Source: Nemertoderma westbladi
Taxonomy: Eukaryota > Animalia > Xenacoelomorpha
NCBI GenBank assembly: GCA_032718475.1
Contig: JAUCBJ010002797.1
Location: forward strand, 1-38,887
Length of the DNA: 38,887 nt
Direction: 5' to 3'
Shown: piece after piece, positions 1-15,000 of the stretch
Position numbering within the stretch: the stretch's first letter is position 1
Layout: the number at the start of each line of letters is the position of its first letter
The notes under the pieces: model-generated
What the model was told of the DNA's origin: nothing
What the model saw: only the letters and a program-made list of their open reading frames with translations
Database searches by the model: none
Position numbers and translations under genes: made by a program

Positions 1-3000
1 CAGATATTGTCTGTGTGGTTTTCTAAGCGTTATTAATCCTGAACCTATCCATACGTACCAGATATTGTCTGTGTGGTTTTCTAAGCGTTATTAATCCTGA
101 ACCTATCCTTACGTACCAGATATTGTCTGTGTGGTTTTCTAAGCGTTATTAATCCTGAACCATCCTTACGTACCAGATATTGTCTGTGTGGTTTTCTAAG
201 CGTTATTAATCCTGAACCTATCCATACGTACCAGATATTGTCTGTGTGGTTTTCTAAGCGTTATTAATCCTGAACCTATCCATACGTACCAGATATTGTC
301 TGTGTGGTTTTCTAAGCGTTATTAATCCTGAACCTATCCTTACGTACCAGATATTGTCTGTGTGGTTTTCTAAGCGTTATTAATCCTGAACCTATCCATA
401 CGTACCAGATATTGTCTGTGTGGTTTTCTAAGCGTTATTAATCCTGAACCTATCCATACGTACCAGATATTGTCTGTGTGGTTTTCTAAGCGTTATTAAT
501 CCTGAACCTATCCTTACGTACCAGATATTGTCTGTGTGGTTTTCTAAGCGTTATTAATCCTGAACCTATCCATACGTACCAGATATTGTCTGTGTGGTTT
601 TCTAAGCGTTATTAATCCTGAACCTATCCATACGTACCAGATATTGTCTGTGTGGTTTTCTAAGCGTTATTAATCCTGAACCTATCCATACGTACCAGAT
701 ATTGTCTGTGTGGTTTTCTAAGCGTTATTAATCCTGAACCTATCCATACGTACCAGATATTGTCTGTGTGGTTTTCTAAGCGTTATTAATCCTGAACCTA
801 TCCATACGTACCAGATATTGTCTGTGTGGTTTTCTAAGCGTTATTAATCCTGAACCATCCTTACGTACCAGATATTGTCTGTGTGGTTTTCTAAGCGTTA
901 TTAATCCTGAACCTATCCATACGTACCAGATATTGTCTGTGTGGTTTTCTAAGCGTTATTAATCCTGAACCTATCCATACGTACCAGATATTGTCTGTGT
1001 GGTTTTCTAAGCGTTATTAATCCTGAACCTATCCATACGTACCAGATATTGTCTGTGTGGTTTTCTAAGCGTTATTAATCCTGAACCTATCCATACGTAC
1101 CAGATATTGTCTGTGTGGTTTTCTAAGCGTTATTAATCCTGAACCTATCCATACGTACCAGATATTGTCTGTGTGGTTTTCTAAGCGTTATTAATCCTGA
1201 ACCTATCCATACGTACCAGATATTGTCTGTGTGGTTTTCTAAGCGTTATTAATCCTGAACCTATCCATACGTACCAGATATTGTCTGTGTGGTTTTCTAA
1301 GCGTTATTAATCCTGAACCTATCCATACGTACCAGATATTGTCTGTGTGGTTTTCTAAGCGTTATTAATCCTGAACCTATCCATACGTACCAGATATTGT
1401 CTGTGTGGTTTTCTAAGCGTTATTAATCCTGAACCTATCCTTACGTACCAGATATTGTCTGTGTGGTTTTCTAAGCGTTATTAATCCTGAACCTATCCTT
1501 ACGTACCAGATATTGTCTGTGTGGTTTTCTAAGCGTTATTAATCCTGAACCTATCCTTACGTACCAGATATTGTCTGTGTGGTTTTCTAAGCGTTATTAA
1601 TCCTGAACCTATCCTTACGTACCAGATATTGTCTGTGTGGTTTTCTAAGCGTTATTAATCCTGAACCATCCTTACGTACCAGATATTGTCTGTGTGGTTT
1701 TCTAAGCGTTATTAATCCTGAACCATCCTTACGTACCAGATATTGTCTGTGTGGTTTTCTAAGCGTTATTAATCCTGAACCTATCCTTACGTACCAGATA
1801 TTGTCTGTGTGGTTTTCTAAGCGTTATTAATCCTGAACCTATCCTTACGTACCAGATATTGTCTGTGTGGTTTTCTAAGCGTTATTAATCCTGAACCTAT
1901 CCTTACGTACCAGATATTGTCTGTGTGGTTTTCTAAGCGTTATTAATCCTGAACCTATCCTTACGTACCAGATATTGTCTGTGTGGTTTTCTAAGCGTTA
2001 TTAATCCTGAACCTATCCTTACGTACCAGATATTGTCTGTGTGGTTTTCTAAGCGTTATTAATCCTGAACCTATCCTTACGTACCAGATATTGTCTGTGT
2101 GGTTTTCTAAGCGTTATTAATCCTGAACCTATCCTTACGTACCAGATATTGTCTGTGTGGTTTTCTAAGCGTTATTAATCCTGAACCTATCCTTACGTAC
2201 CAGATATTGTCTGTGTGGTTTTCTAAGCGTTATTAATCCTGAACCATCCTTACGTACCAGATATTGTCTGTGTGGTTTTCTAAGCGTTATTAATCCTGAA
2301 CCATCCTTACGTACCAGATATTGTCTGTGTGGTTTTCTAAGCGTTATTAATCCTGAACCTATCCATACGTACCAGATATTGTCTGTGTGGTTTTCTAAGC
2401 GTTATTAATCCTGAACCTATCCTTACGTACCAGATATTGTCTGTGTGGTTTTCTAAGCGTTATTAATCCTGAACCTATCCTTACGTACCAGATATTGTCT
2501 GTGTGGTTTTCTAAGCGTTATTAATCCTGAACCTATCCTTACGTACCAGATATTGTCTGTGTGGTTTTCTAAGCGTTATTAATCCTGAACCATCCTTACG
2601 TACCAGATATTGTCTGTGTGGTTTTCTAAGCGTTATTAATCCTGAACCTATCCTTACGTACCAGATATTGTCTGTGTGGTTTTCTAAGCGTTATTAATCC
2701 TGAACCTATCCTTACGTACCAGATATTGTCTGTGTGGTTTTCTAAGCGTTATTAATCCTGAACCTATCCATACGTACCAGATATTGTCTGTGTGGTTTTC
2801 TAAGCGTTATTAATCCTGAACCTATCCTTACGTACCAGATATTGTCTGTGTGGTTTTCTAAGCGTTATTAATCCTGAACCTATCCATACGTACCAGATAT
2901 TGTCTGTGTGGTTTTCTAAGCGTTATTAATCCTGAACCATCCTTACGTACCAGATATTGTCTGTGTGGTTTTCTAAGCGTTATTAATCCTGAACCATCCT

Positions 3001-6000
3001 TACGTACCAGATATTGTCTGTGTGGTTTTCTAAGCGTTATTAATCCTGAACCATCCTTACGTACCAGATATTGTCTGTGTGGTTTTCTAAGCGTTATTAA
3101 TCCTGAACCATCCTTACGTACCAGATATTGTCTGTGTGGTTTTCTAAGCGTTATTAATCCTGAACCTATCCATACGTACCAGATATTGTCTGTGTGGTTT
3201 TCTAAGCGTTATTAATCCTGAACCATCCTTACGTACCAGATATTGTCTGTGTGGTTTTCTAAGCGTTATTAATCCTGAACCATCCTTACGTACCAGATAT
3301 TGTCTGTGTGGTTTTCTAAGCGTTATTAATCCTGAACCTATCCTTACGTACCAGATATTGTCTGTGTGGTTTTCTAAGCGTTATTAATCCTGAACCATCC
3401 TTACGTACCAGATATTGTCTGTGTGGTTTTCTAAGCGTTATTAATCCTGAACCATCCTTACGTACCAGATATTGTCTGTGTGGTTTTCTAAGCGTTATTA
3501 ATCCTGAACCATCCTTACGTACCAGATATTGTCTGTGTGGTTTTCTAAGCGTTATTAATCCTGAACCATCCTTACGTACCAGATATTGTCTGTGTGGTTT
3601 TCTAAGCGTTATTAATCCTGAACCTATCCATACGTACCAGATATTGTCTGTGTGGTTTTCTAAGCGTTATTAATCCTGAACCATCCTTACGTACCAGATA
3701 TTGTCTGTGTGGTTTTCTAAGCGTTATTAATCCTGAACCATCCTTACGTACCAGATATTGTCTGTGTGGTTTTCTAAGCGTTATTAATCCTGAACCATCC
3801 TTACGTACCAGATATTGTCTGTGTGGTTTTCTAAGCGTTATTAATCCTGAACCATCCTTACGTACCAGATATTGTCTGTGTGGTTTTCTAAGCGTTATTA
3901 ATCCTGAACCTATCCTTACGTACCAGATATTGTCTGTGTGGTTTTCTAAGCGTTATTAATCCTGAACCATCCATACGTACCAGATATTGTCTGTGTGGTT
4001 TTCTAAGCGTTATTAATCCTGAACCTATCCTTACGTACCAGATATTGTCTGTGTGGTTTTCTAAGCGTTATTAATCCTGAACCTATCCATACGTACCAGA
4101 TATTGTCTGTGTGGTTTTCTAAGCGTTATTAATCCTGAACCATCCATACGTACCAGATATTGTCTGTGTGGTTTTCTAAGCGTTATTAATCCTGAACCTA
4201 TCCTTACGTACCAGATATTGTCTGTGTGGTTTTCTAAGCGTTATTAATCCTGAACCTATCCATACGTACCAGATATTGTCTGTGTGGTTTTCTAAGCGTT
4301 ATTAATCCTGAACCATCCTTACGTACCAGATATTGTCTGTGTGGTTTTCTAAGCGTTATTAATCCTGAACCTATCCTTACGTACCAGATATTGTCTGTGT
4401 GGTTTTCTAAGCGTTATTAATCCTGAACCTATCCATACGTACCAGATATTGTCTGTGTGGTTTTCTAAGCGTTATTAATCCTGAACCATCCTTACGTACC
4501 AGATATTGTCTGTGTGGTTTTCTAAGCGTTATTAATCCTGAACCATCCATACGTACCAGATATTGTCTGTGTGGTTTTCTAAGCGTTATTAATCCTGAAC
4601 CATCCATACGTACCAGATATTGTCTGTGTGGTTTTCTAAGCGTTATTAATCCTGAACCATCCATACGTACCAGATATTGTCTGTGTGGTTTTCTAAGCGT
4701 TATTAATCCTGAACCATCCATACGTACCAGATATTGTCTGTGTGGTTTTCTAAGCGTTATTAATCCTGAACCTATCCTTACGTACCAGATATTGTCTGTG
4801 TGGTTTTCTAAGCGTTATTAATCCTGAACCATCCTTACGTACCAGATATTGTCTGTGTGGTTTTCTAAGCGTTATTAATCCTGAACCATCCTTACGTACC
4901 AGATATTGTCTGTGTGGTTTTCTAAGCGTTATTAATCCTGAACCTATCCATACGTACCAGATATTGTCTGTGTGGTTTTCTAAGCGTTATTAATCCTGAA
5001 CCATCCTTACGTACCAGATATTGTCTGTGTGGTTTTCTAAGCGTTATTAATCCTGAACCTATCCTTACGTACCAGATATTGTCTGTGTGGTTTTCTAAGC
5101 GTTATTAATCCTGAACCATCCTTACGTACCAGATATTGTCTGTGTGGTTTTCTAAGCGTTATTAATCCTGAACCTATCCATACGTACCAGATATTGTCTG
5201 TGTGGTTTTCTAAGCGTTATTAATCCTGAACCATCCTTACGTACCAGATATTGTCTGTGTGGTTTTCTAAGCGTTATTAATCCTGAACCATCCTTACGTA
5301 CCAGATATTGTCTGTGTGGTTTTCTAAGCGTTATTAATCCTGAACCATCCATACGTACCAGATATTGTCTGTGTGGTTTTCTAAGCGTTATTAATCCTGA
5401 ACCATCCATACGTACCAGATATTGTCTGTGTGGTTTTCTAAGCGTTATTAATCCTGAACCATCCTTACGTACCAGATATTGTCTGTGTGGTTTTCTAAGC
5501 GTTATTAATCCTGAACCATCCTTACGTACCAGATATTGTCTGTGTGGTTTTCTAAGCGTTATTAATCCTGAACCATCCTTACGTACCAGATATTGTCTGT
5601 GTGGTTTTCTAAGCGTTATTAATCCTGAACCATCCTTACGTACCAGATATTGTCTGTGTGGTTTTCTAAGCGTTATTAATCCTGAACCATCCTTACGTAC
5701 CGAGATATTGTCTGTGTGGTTTTCTAAGCGTTATTAATCCTGAACCATCCTTACGTACCAGATATTGTCTGTGTGGTTTTCTAAGCGTTATTAATCCTGA
5801 ACCTATCCTTACGTACCAGATATTGTCTGTGTGGTTTTCTAAGCGTTATTAATCCTGAACCTATCCTTACGTACGAGATATTGTCTGTGTGGTTTTCTAA
5901 GCGTTATTAATCCTGAACCTATCCTTACGTACGAGATATTGTCTGTGTGGTTTTCTAAGCGTTATTAATCCTGAACCTATCCTTACGTACCAGATATTGT

Positions 6001-9000
6001 CTGTGTGGTTTTCTAAGCGTTATTAATCCTGAACCTATCCTTACGTACCAGATATTGTCTGTGTGGTTTTCTAAGCGTTATTAATCCTGAACCTATCCTT
6101 ACGTACCAGATATTGTCTGTGTGGTTTTCTAAGCGTTATTAATCCTGAACCTATCCTTACGTACGAGATATTGTCTGTGTGGTTTTCTAAGCGTTATTAA
6201 TCCTGAACCTATCCTTACGTACGAGATATTGTCTGTGTGGTTTTCTAAGCGTTATTAATCCTGAACCTATCCTTACGTACCAGATATTGTCTGTGTGGTT
6301 TTCTAAGCGTTATTAATCCTGAACCTATCCTTACGTACCAGATATTGTCTGTGTGGTTTTCTAAGCGTTATTAATCCTGAACCTATCCTTACGTACGAGA
6401 TATTGTCTGTGTGGTTTTCTAAGCGTTATTAATCCTGAACCTATCCTTACGTACGAGATATTGTCTGTGTGGTTTTCTAAGCGTTATTAATCCTGAACCA
6501 TCCTTACGTACCAGATATTGTCTGTGTGGTTTTCTAAGCGTTATTAATCCTGAACCTATCCTTACGTACGAGATATTGTCTGTGTGGTTTTCTAAGCGTT
6601 ATTAATCCTGAACCTATCCTTACGTACGAGATATTGTCTGTGTGGTTTTCTAAGCGTTATTAATCCTGAACCATCCATACGTACCAGATATTGTCTGTGT
6701 GGTTTTCTAAGCGTTATTAATCCTGAACCTATCCTTACGTACGAGATATTGTCTGTGTGGTTTTCTAAGCGTTATTAATCCTGAACCTATCCTTACGTAC
6801 CAGATATTGTCTGTGTGGTTTTCTAAGCGTTATTAATCCTGAACCTATCCTTACGTACGAGATATTGTCTGTGTGGTTTTCTAAGCGTTATTAATCCTGA
6901 ACCTATCCTTACGTACCAGATATTGTCTGTGTGGTTTTCTAAGCGTTATTAATCCTGAACCATCCTTACGTACCAGATATTGTCTGTGTGGTTTTCTAAG
7001 CGTTATTAATCCTGAACCATCCTTACGTACCAGATATTGTCTGTGTGGTTTTCTAAGCGTTATTAATCCTGAACCATCCTTACGTACCAGATATTGTCTG
7101 TGTGGTTTTCTAAGCGTTATTAATCCTGAACCATCCTTACGTACCAGATATTGTCTGTGTGGTTTTCTAAGCGTTATTAATCCTGAACCATCCTTACGTA
7201 CCAGATATTGTCTGTGTGGTTTTCTAAGCGTTATTAATCCTGAACCATCCTTACGTACCAGATATTGTCTGTGTGGTTTTCTAAGCGTTATTAATCCTGA
7301 ACCATCCTTACGTACCAGATATTGTCTGTGTGGTTTTCTAAGCGTTATTAATCCTGAACCTATCCTTACGTACCAGATATTGTCTGTGTGGTTTTCTAAG
7401 CGTTATTAATCCTGAACCATCCTTACGTACCAGATATTGTCTGTGTGGTTTTCTAAGCGTTATTAATCCTGAACCATCCTTACGTACCAGATATTGTCTG
7501 TGTGGTTTTCTAAGCGTTATTAATCCTGAACCTATCCTTACGTACCAGATATTGTCTGTGTGGTTTTCTAAGCGTTATTAATCCTGAACCATCCTTACGT
7601 ACCAGATATTGTCTGTGTGGTTTTCTAAGCGTTATTAATCCTGAACCATCCTTACGTACCAGATATTGTCTGTGTGGTTTTCTAAGCGTTATTAATCCTG
7701 AACCATCCTTACGTACCAGATATTGTCTGTGTGGTTTTCTAAGCGTTATTAATCCTGAACCATCCTTACGTACCAGATATTGTCTGTGTGGTTTTCTAAG
7801 CGTTATTAATCCTGAACCATCCTTACGTACCAGATATTGTCTGTGTGGTTTTCTAAGCGTTATTAATCCTGAACCATCCTTACGTACCAGATATTGTCTG
7901 TGTGGTTTTCTAAGCGTTATTAATCCTGAACCTATCCTTACGTACCAGATATTGTCTGTGTGGTTTTCTAAGCGTTATTAATCCTGAACCTATCCTTACG
8001 TACCAGATATTGTCTGTGTGGTTTTCTAAGCGTTATTAATCCTGAACCATCCTTACGTACGAGATATTGTCTGTGTGGTTTTCTAAGCGTTATTAATCCT
8101 GAACCATCCTTACGTACCAGATATTGTCTGTGTGGTTTTCTAAGCGTTATTAATCCTGAACCTATCCTTACGTACGAGATATTGTCTGTGTGGTTTTCTA
8201 AGCGTTATTAATCCTGAACCTATCCTTACGTACCAGATATTGTCTGTGTGGTTTTCTAAGCGTTATTAATCCTGAACCTATCCTTACGTACCAGATATTG
8301 TCTGTGTGGTTTTCTAAGCGTTATTAATCCTGAACCTATCCTTACGTACCAGATATTGTCTGTGTGGTTTTCTAAGCGTTATTAATCCTGAACCTATCCT
8401 TACGTACCAGATATTGTCTGTGTGGTTTTCTAAGCGTTATTAATCCTGAACCTATCCTTACGTACCAGATATTGTCTGTGTGGTTTTCTAAGCGTTATTA
8501 ATCCTGAACCTATCCTTACGTACCAGATATTGTCTGTGTGGTTTTCTAAGCGTTATTAATCCTGAACCATCCTTACGTACCAGATATTGTCTGTGTGGTT
8601 TTCTAAGCGTTATTAATCCTGAACCTATCCTTACGTACCAGATATTGTCTGTGTGGTTTTCTAAGCGTTATTAATCCTGAACCTATCCTTACGTACCAGA
8701 TATTGTCTGTGTGGTTTTCTAAGCGTTATTAATCCTGAACCATCCTTACGTACCAGATATTGTCTGTGTGGTTTTCTAAGCGTTATTAATCCTGAACCAT
8801 CCTTACGTACCAGATATTGTCTGTGTGGTTTTCTAAGCGTTATTAATCCTGAACCTATCCTTACGTACCAGATATTGTCTGTGTGGTTTTCTAAGCGTTA
8901 TTAATCCTGAACCTATCCTTACGTACCAGATATTGTCTGTGTGGTTTTCTAAGCGTTATTAATCCTGAACCATCCTTACGTACCAGATATTGTCTGTGTG

Positions 9001-12000
9001 GTTTTCTAAGCGTTATTAATCCTGAACCTATCCTTACGTACCAGATATTGTCTGTGTGGTTTTCTAAGCGTTATTAATCCTGAACCTATCCTTACGTACC
9101 AGATATTGTCTGTGTGGTTTTCTAAGCGTTATTAATCCTGAACCTATCCTTACGTACCAGATATTGTCTGTGTGGTTTTCTAAGCGTTATTAATCCTGAA
9201 CCATCCTTACGTACCAGATATTGTCTGTGTGGTTTTCTAAGCGTTATTAATCCTGAACCATCCATACGTACCAGATATTGTCTGTGTGGTTTTCTAAGCG
9301 TTATTAATCCTGAACCATCCTTACGTACCAGATATTGTCTGTGTGGTTTTCTAAGCGTTATTAATCCTGAACCATCCTTACGTACCAGATATTGTCTGTG
9401 TGGTTTTCTAAGCGTTATTAATCCTGAACCATCCTTACGTACCAGATATTGTCTGTGTGGTTTTCTAAGCGTTATTAATCCTGAACCATCCTTACGTACC
9501 AGATATTGTCTGTGTGGTTTTCTAAGCGTTATTAATCCTGAACCATCCTTACGTACCAGATATTGTCTGTGTGGTTTTCTAAGCGTTATTAATCCTGAAC
9601 CTATCCTTACGTACCAGATATTGTCTGTGTGGTTTTCTAAGCGTTATTAATCCTGAACCTATCCTTACGTACCAGATATTGTCTGTGTGGTTTTCTAAGC
9701 GTTATTAATCCTGAACCATCCTTACGTACCAGATATTGTCTGTGTGGTTTTCTAAGCGTTATTAATCCTGAACCATCCTTACGTACCAGATATTGTCTGT
9801 GTGGTTTTCTAAGCGTTATTAATCCTGAACCTATCCTTACGTACCAGATATTGTCTGTGTGGTTTTCTAAGCGTTATTAATCCTGAACCTATCCTTACGT
9901 ACCAGATATTGTCTGTGTGGTTTTCTAAGCGTTATTAATCCTGAACCTATCCTTACGTACCAGATATTGTCTGTGTGGTTTTCTAAGCGTTATTAATCCT
10001 GAACCTATCCTTACGTACCAGATATTGTCTGTGTGGTTTTCTAAGCGTTATTAATCCTGAACCTATCCTTACGTACCAGATATTGTCTGTGTGGTTTTCT
10101 AAGCGTTATTAATCCTGAACCATCCTTACGTACCAGATATTGTCTGTGTGGTTTTCTAAGCGTTATTAATCCTGAACCTATCCTTACGTACCAGATATTG
10201 TCTGTGTGGTTTTCTAAGCGTTATTAATCCTGAACCTATCCTTACGTACCAGATATTGTCTGTGTGGTTTTCTAAGCGTTATTAATCCTGAACCTATCCT
10301 TACGTACCAGATATTGTCTGTGTGGTTTTCTAAGCGTTATTAATCCTGAACCTATCCTTACGTACGAGATATTGTCTGTGTGGTTTTCTAAGCGTTATTA
10401 ATCCTGAACCTATCCTTACGTACCAGATATTGTCTGTGTGGTTTTCTAAGCGTTATTAATCCTGAACCATCCTTACGTACCAGATATTGTCTGTGTGGTT
10501 TTCTAAGCGTTATTAATCCTGAACCTATCCTTACGTACCAGATATTGTCTGTGTGGTTTTCTAAGCGTTATTAATCCTGAACCTATCCTTACGTACCAGA
10601 TATTGTCTGTGTGGTTTTCTAAGCGTTATTAATCCTGAACCTATCCTTACGTACCAGATATTGTCTGTGTGGTTTTCTAAGCGTTATTAATCCTGAACCT
10701 ATCCTTACGTACCAGATATTGTCTGTGTGGTTTTCTAAGCGTTATTAATCCTGAACCTATCCTTACGTACCAGATATTGTCTGTGTGGTTTTCTAAGCGT
10801 TATTAATCCTGAACCTATCCTTACGTACCAGATATTGTCTGTGTGGTTTTCTAAGCGTTATTAATCCTGAACCTATCCTTACGTACCAGATATTGTCTGT
10901 GTGGTTTTCTAAGCGTTATTAATCCTGAACCTATCCTTACGTACCAGATATTGTCTGTGTGGTTTTCTAAGCGTTATTAATCCTGAACCATCCTTACGTA
11001 CCAGATATTGTCTGTGTGGTTTTCTAAGCGTTATTAATCCTGAACCATCCTTACGTACCAGATATTGTCTGTGTGGTTTTCTAAGCGTTATTAATCCTGA
11101 ACCATCCTTACGTACCAGATATTGTCTGTGTGGTTTTCTAAGCGTTATTAATCCTGAACCATCCTTACGTACCAGATATTGTCTGTGTGGTTTTCTAAGC
11201 GTTATTAATCCTGAACCATCCATACGTACCAGATATTGTCTGTGTGGTTTTCTAAGCGTTATTAATCCTGAACCATCCTTACGTACCAGATATTGTCTGT
11301 GTGGTTTTCTAAGCGTTATTAATCCTGAACCTATCCTTACGTACCAGATATTGTCTGTGTGGTTTTCTAAGCGTTATTAATCCTGAACCATCCTTACGTA
11401 CCAGATATTGTCTGTGTGGTTTTCTAAGCGTTATTAATCCTGAACCATCCTTACGTACCAGATATTGTCTGTGTGGTTTTCTAAGCGTTATTAATCCTGA
11501 ACCATCCTTACGTACCAGATATTGTCTGTGTGGTTTTCTAAGCGTTATTAATCCTGAACCTATCCTTACGTACCAGATATTGTCTGTGTGGTTTTCTAAG
11601 CGTTATTAATCCTGAACCTATCCTTACGTACCAGATATTGTCTGTGTGGTTTTCTAAGCGTTATTAATCCTGAACCTATCCTTACGTACCAGATATTGTC
11701 TGTGTGGTTTTCTAAGCGTTATTAATCCTGAACCTATCCTTACGTACCAGATATTGTCTGTGTGGTTTTCTAAGCGTTATTAATCCTGAACCTATCCTTA
11801 CGTACCAGATATTGTCTGTGTGGTTTTCTAAGCGTTATTAATCCTGAACCTATCCTTACGTACCAGATATTGTCTGTGTGGTTTTCTAAGCGTTATTAAT
11901 CCTGAACCTATCCTTACGTACCAGATATTGTCTGTGTGGTTTTCTAAGCGTTATTAATCCTGAACCTATCCTTACGTACCAGATATTGTCTGTGTGGTTT

Positions 12001-15000
12001 TCTAAGCGTTATTAATCCTGAACCTATCCTTACGTACGAGATATTGTCTGTGTGGTTTTCTAAGCGTTATTAATCCTGAACCTATCCTTACGTACCAGAT
12101 ATTGTCTGTGTGGTTTTCTAAGCGTTATTAATCCTGAACCTATCCTTACGTACGAGATATTGTCTGTGTGGTTTTCTAAGCGTTATTAATCCTGAACCTA
12201 TCCTTACGTACCAGATATTGTCTGTGTGGTTTTCTAAGCGTTATTAATCCTGAACCTATCCTTACGTACGAGATATTGTCTGTGTGGTTTTCTAAGCGTT
12301 ATTAATCCTGAACCTATCCTTACGTACCAGATATTGTCTGTGTGGTTTTCTAAGCGTTATTAATCCTGAACCTATCCTTACGTACGAGATATTGTCTGTG
12401 TGGTTTTCTAAGCGTTATTAATCCTGAACCTATCCTTACGTACGAGATATTGTCTGTGTGGTTTTCTAAGCGTTATTAATCCTGAACCTATCCTTACGTA
12501 CCAGATATTGTCTGTGTGGTTTTCTAAGCGTTATTAATCCTGAACCTATCCTTACGTACCAGATATTGTCTGTGTGGTTTTCTAAGCGTTATTAATCCTG
12601 AACCTATCCTTACGTACCAGATATTGTCTGTGTGGTTTTCTAAGCGTTATTAATCCTGAACCTATCCTTACGTACCAGATATTGTCTGTGTGGTTTTCTA
12701 AGCGTTATTAATCCTGAACCATCCTTACGTACCAGATATTGTCTGTGTGGTTTTCTAAGCGTTATTAATCCTGAACCTATCCTTACGTACCAGATATTGT
12801 CTGTGTGGTTTTCTAAGCGTTATTAATCCTGAACCTATCCTTACGTACCAGATATTGTCTGTGTGGTTTTCTAAGCGTTATTAATCCTGAACCTATCCTT
12901 ACGTACCAGATATTGTCTGTGTGGTTTTCTAAGCGTTATTAATCCTGAACCATCCTTACGTACCAGATATTGTCTGTGTGGTTTTCTAAGCGTTATTAAT
13001 CCTGAACCTATCCTTACGTACCAGATATTGTCTGTGTGGTTTTCTAAGCGTTATTAATCCTGAACCATCCTTACGTACCAGATATTGTCTGTGTGGTTTT
13101 CTAAGCGTTATTAATCCTGAACCTATCCTTACGTACCAGATATTGTCTGTGTGGTTTTCTAAGCGTTATTAATCCTGAACCTATCCTTACGTACGAGATA
13201 TTGTCTGTGTGGTTTTCTAAGCGTTATTAATCCTGAACCATCCATACGTACCAGATATTGTCTGTGTGGTTTTCTAAGCGTTATTAATCCTGAACCTATC
13301 CTTACGTACCAGATATTGTCTGTGTGGTTTTCTAAGCGTTATTAATCCTGAACCTATCCTTACGTACCAGATATTGTCTGTGTGGTTTTCTAAGCGTTAT
13401 TAATCCTGAACCTATCCTTACGTACCAGATATTGTCTGTGTGGTTTTCTAAGCGTTATTAATCCTGAACCTATCCTTACGTACCAGATATTGTCTGTGTG
13501 GTTTTCTAAGCGTTATTAATCCTGAACCTATCCATACGTACCAGATATTGTCTGTGTGGTTTTCTAAGCGTTATTAATCCTGAACCTATCCTTACGTACC
13601 AGATATTGTCTGTGTGGTTTTCTAAGCGTTATTAATCCTGAACCTATCCTTACGTACCAGATATTGTCTGTGTGGTTTTCTAAGCGTTATTAATCCTGAA
13701 CCTATCCTTACGTACGAGATATTGTCTGTGTGGTTTTCTAAGCGTTATTAATCCTGAACCTATCCTTACGTACCAGATATTGTCTGTGTGGTTTTCTAAG
13801 CGTTATTAATCCTGAACCTATCCTTACGTACGAGATATTGTCTGTGTGGTTTTCTAAGCGTTATTAATCCTGAACCTATCCTTACGTACCAGATATTGTC
13901 TGTGTGGTTTTCTAAGCGTTATTAATCCTGAACCTATCCTTACGTACCAGATATTGTCTGTGTGGTTTTCTAAGCGTTATTAATCCTGAACCTATCCTTA
14001 CGTACCAGATATTGTCTGTGTGGTTTTCTAAGCGTTATTAATCCTGAACCTATCCTTACGTACCAGATATTGTCTGTGTGGTTTTCTAAGCGTTATTAAT
14101 CCTGAACCTATCCTTACGTACCAGATATTGTCTGTGTGGTTTTCTAAGCGTTATTAATCCTGAACCTATCCTTACGTACCAGATATTGTCTGTGTGGTTT
14201 TCTAAGCGTTATTAATCCTGAACCTATCCATACGTACCAGATATTGTCTGTGTGGTTTTCTAAGCGTTATTAATCCTGAACCTATCCTTACGTACCAGAT
14301 ATTGTCTGTGTGGTTTTCTAAGCGTTATTAATCCTGAACCTATCCTTACGTACCAGATATTGTCTGTGTGGTTTTCTAAGCGTTATTAATCCTGAACCTA
14401 TCCTTACGTACCAGATATTGTCTGTGTGGTTTTCTAAGCGTTATTAATCCTGAACCTATCCTTACGTACCAGATATTGTCTGTGTGGTTTTCTAAGCGTT
14501 ATTAATCCTGAACCTATCCTTACGTACCAGATATTGTCTGTGTGGTTTTCTAAGCGTTATTAATCCTGAACCTATCCTTACGTACCAGATATTGTCTGTG
14601 TGGTTTTCTAAGCGTTATTAATCCTGAACCTATCCTTACGTACCAGATATTGTCTGTGTGGTTTTCTAAGCGTTATTAATCCTGAACCTATCCTTACGTA
14701 CCAGATATTGTCTGTGTGGTTTTCTAAGCGTTATTAATCCTGAACCATCCTTACGTACCAGATATTGTCTGTGTGGTTTTCTAAGCGTTATTAATCCTGA
14801 ACCTATCCTTACGTACCAGATATTGTCTGTGTGGTTTTCTAAGCGTTATTAATCCTGAACCTATCCTTACGTACCAGATATTGTCTGTGTGGTTTTCTAA
14901 GCGTTATTAATCCTGAACCTATCCTTACGTACCAGATATTGTCTGTGTGGTTTTCTAAGCGTTATTAATCCTGAACCATCCTTACGTACCAGATATTGTC

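Noticed and set aside
4407-11223. Short ORFs (4407-4721, 5152-5409, 10909-11223) in the array
   Set aside because: These are runs of 57-bp units between 58-bp frameshifting units and start at the incidental ATG variant.
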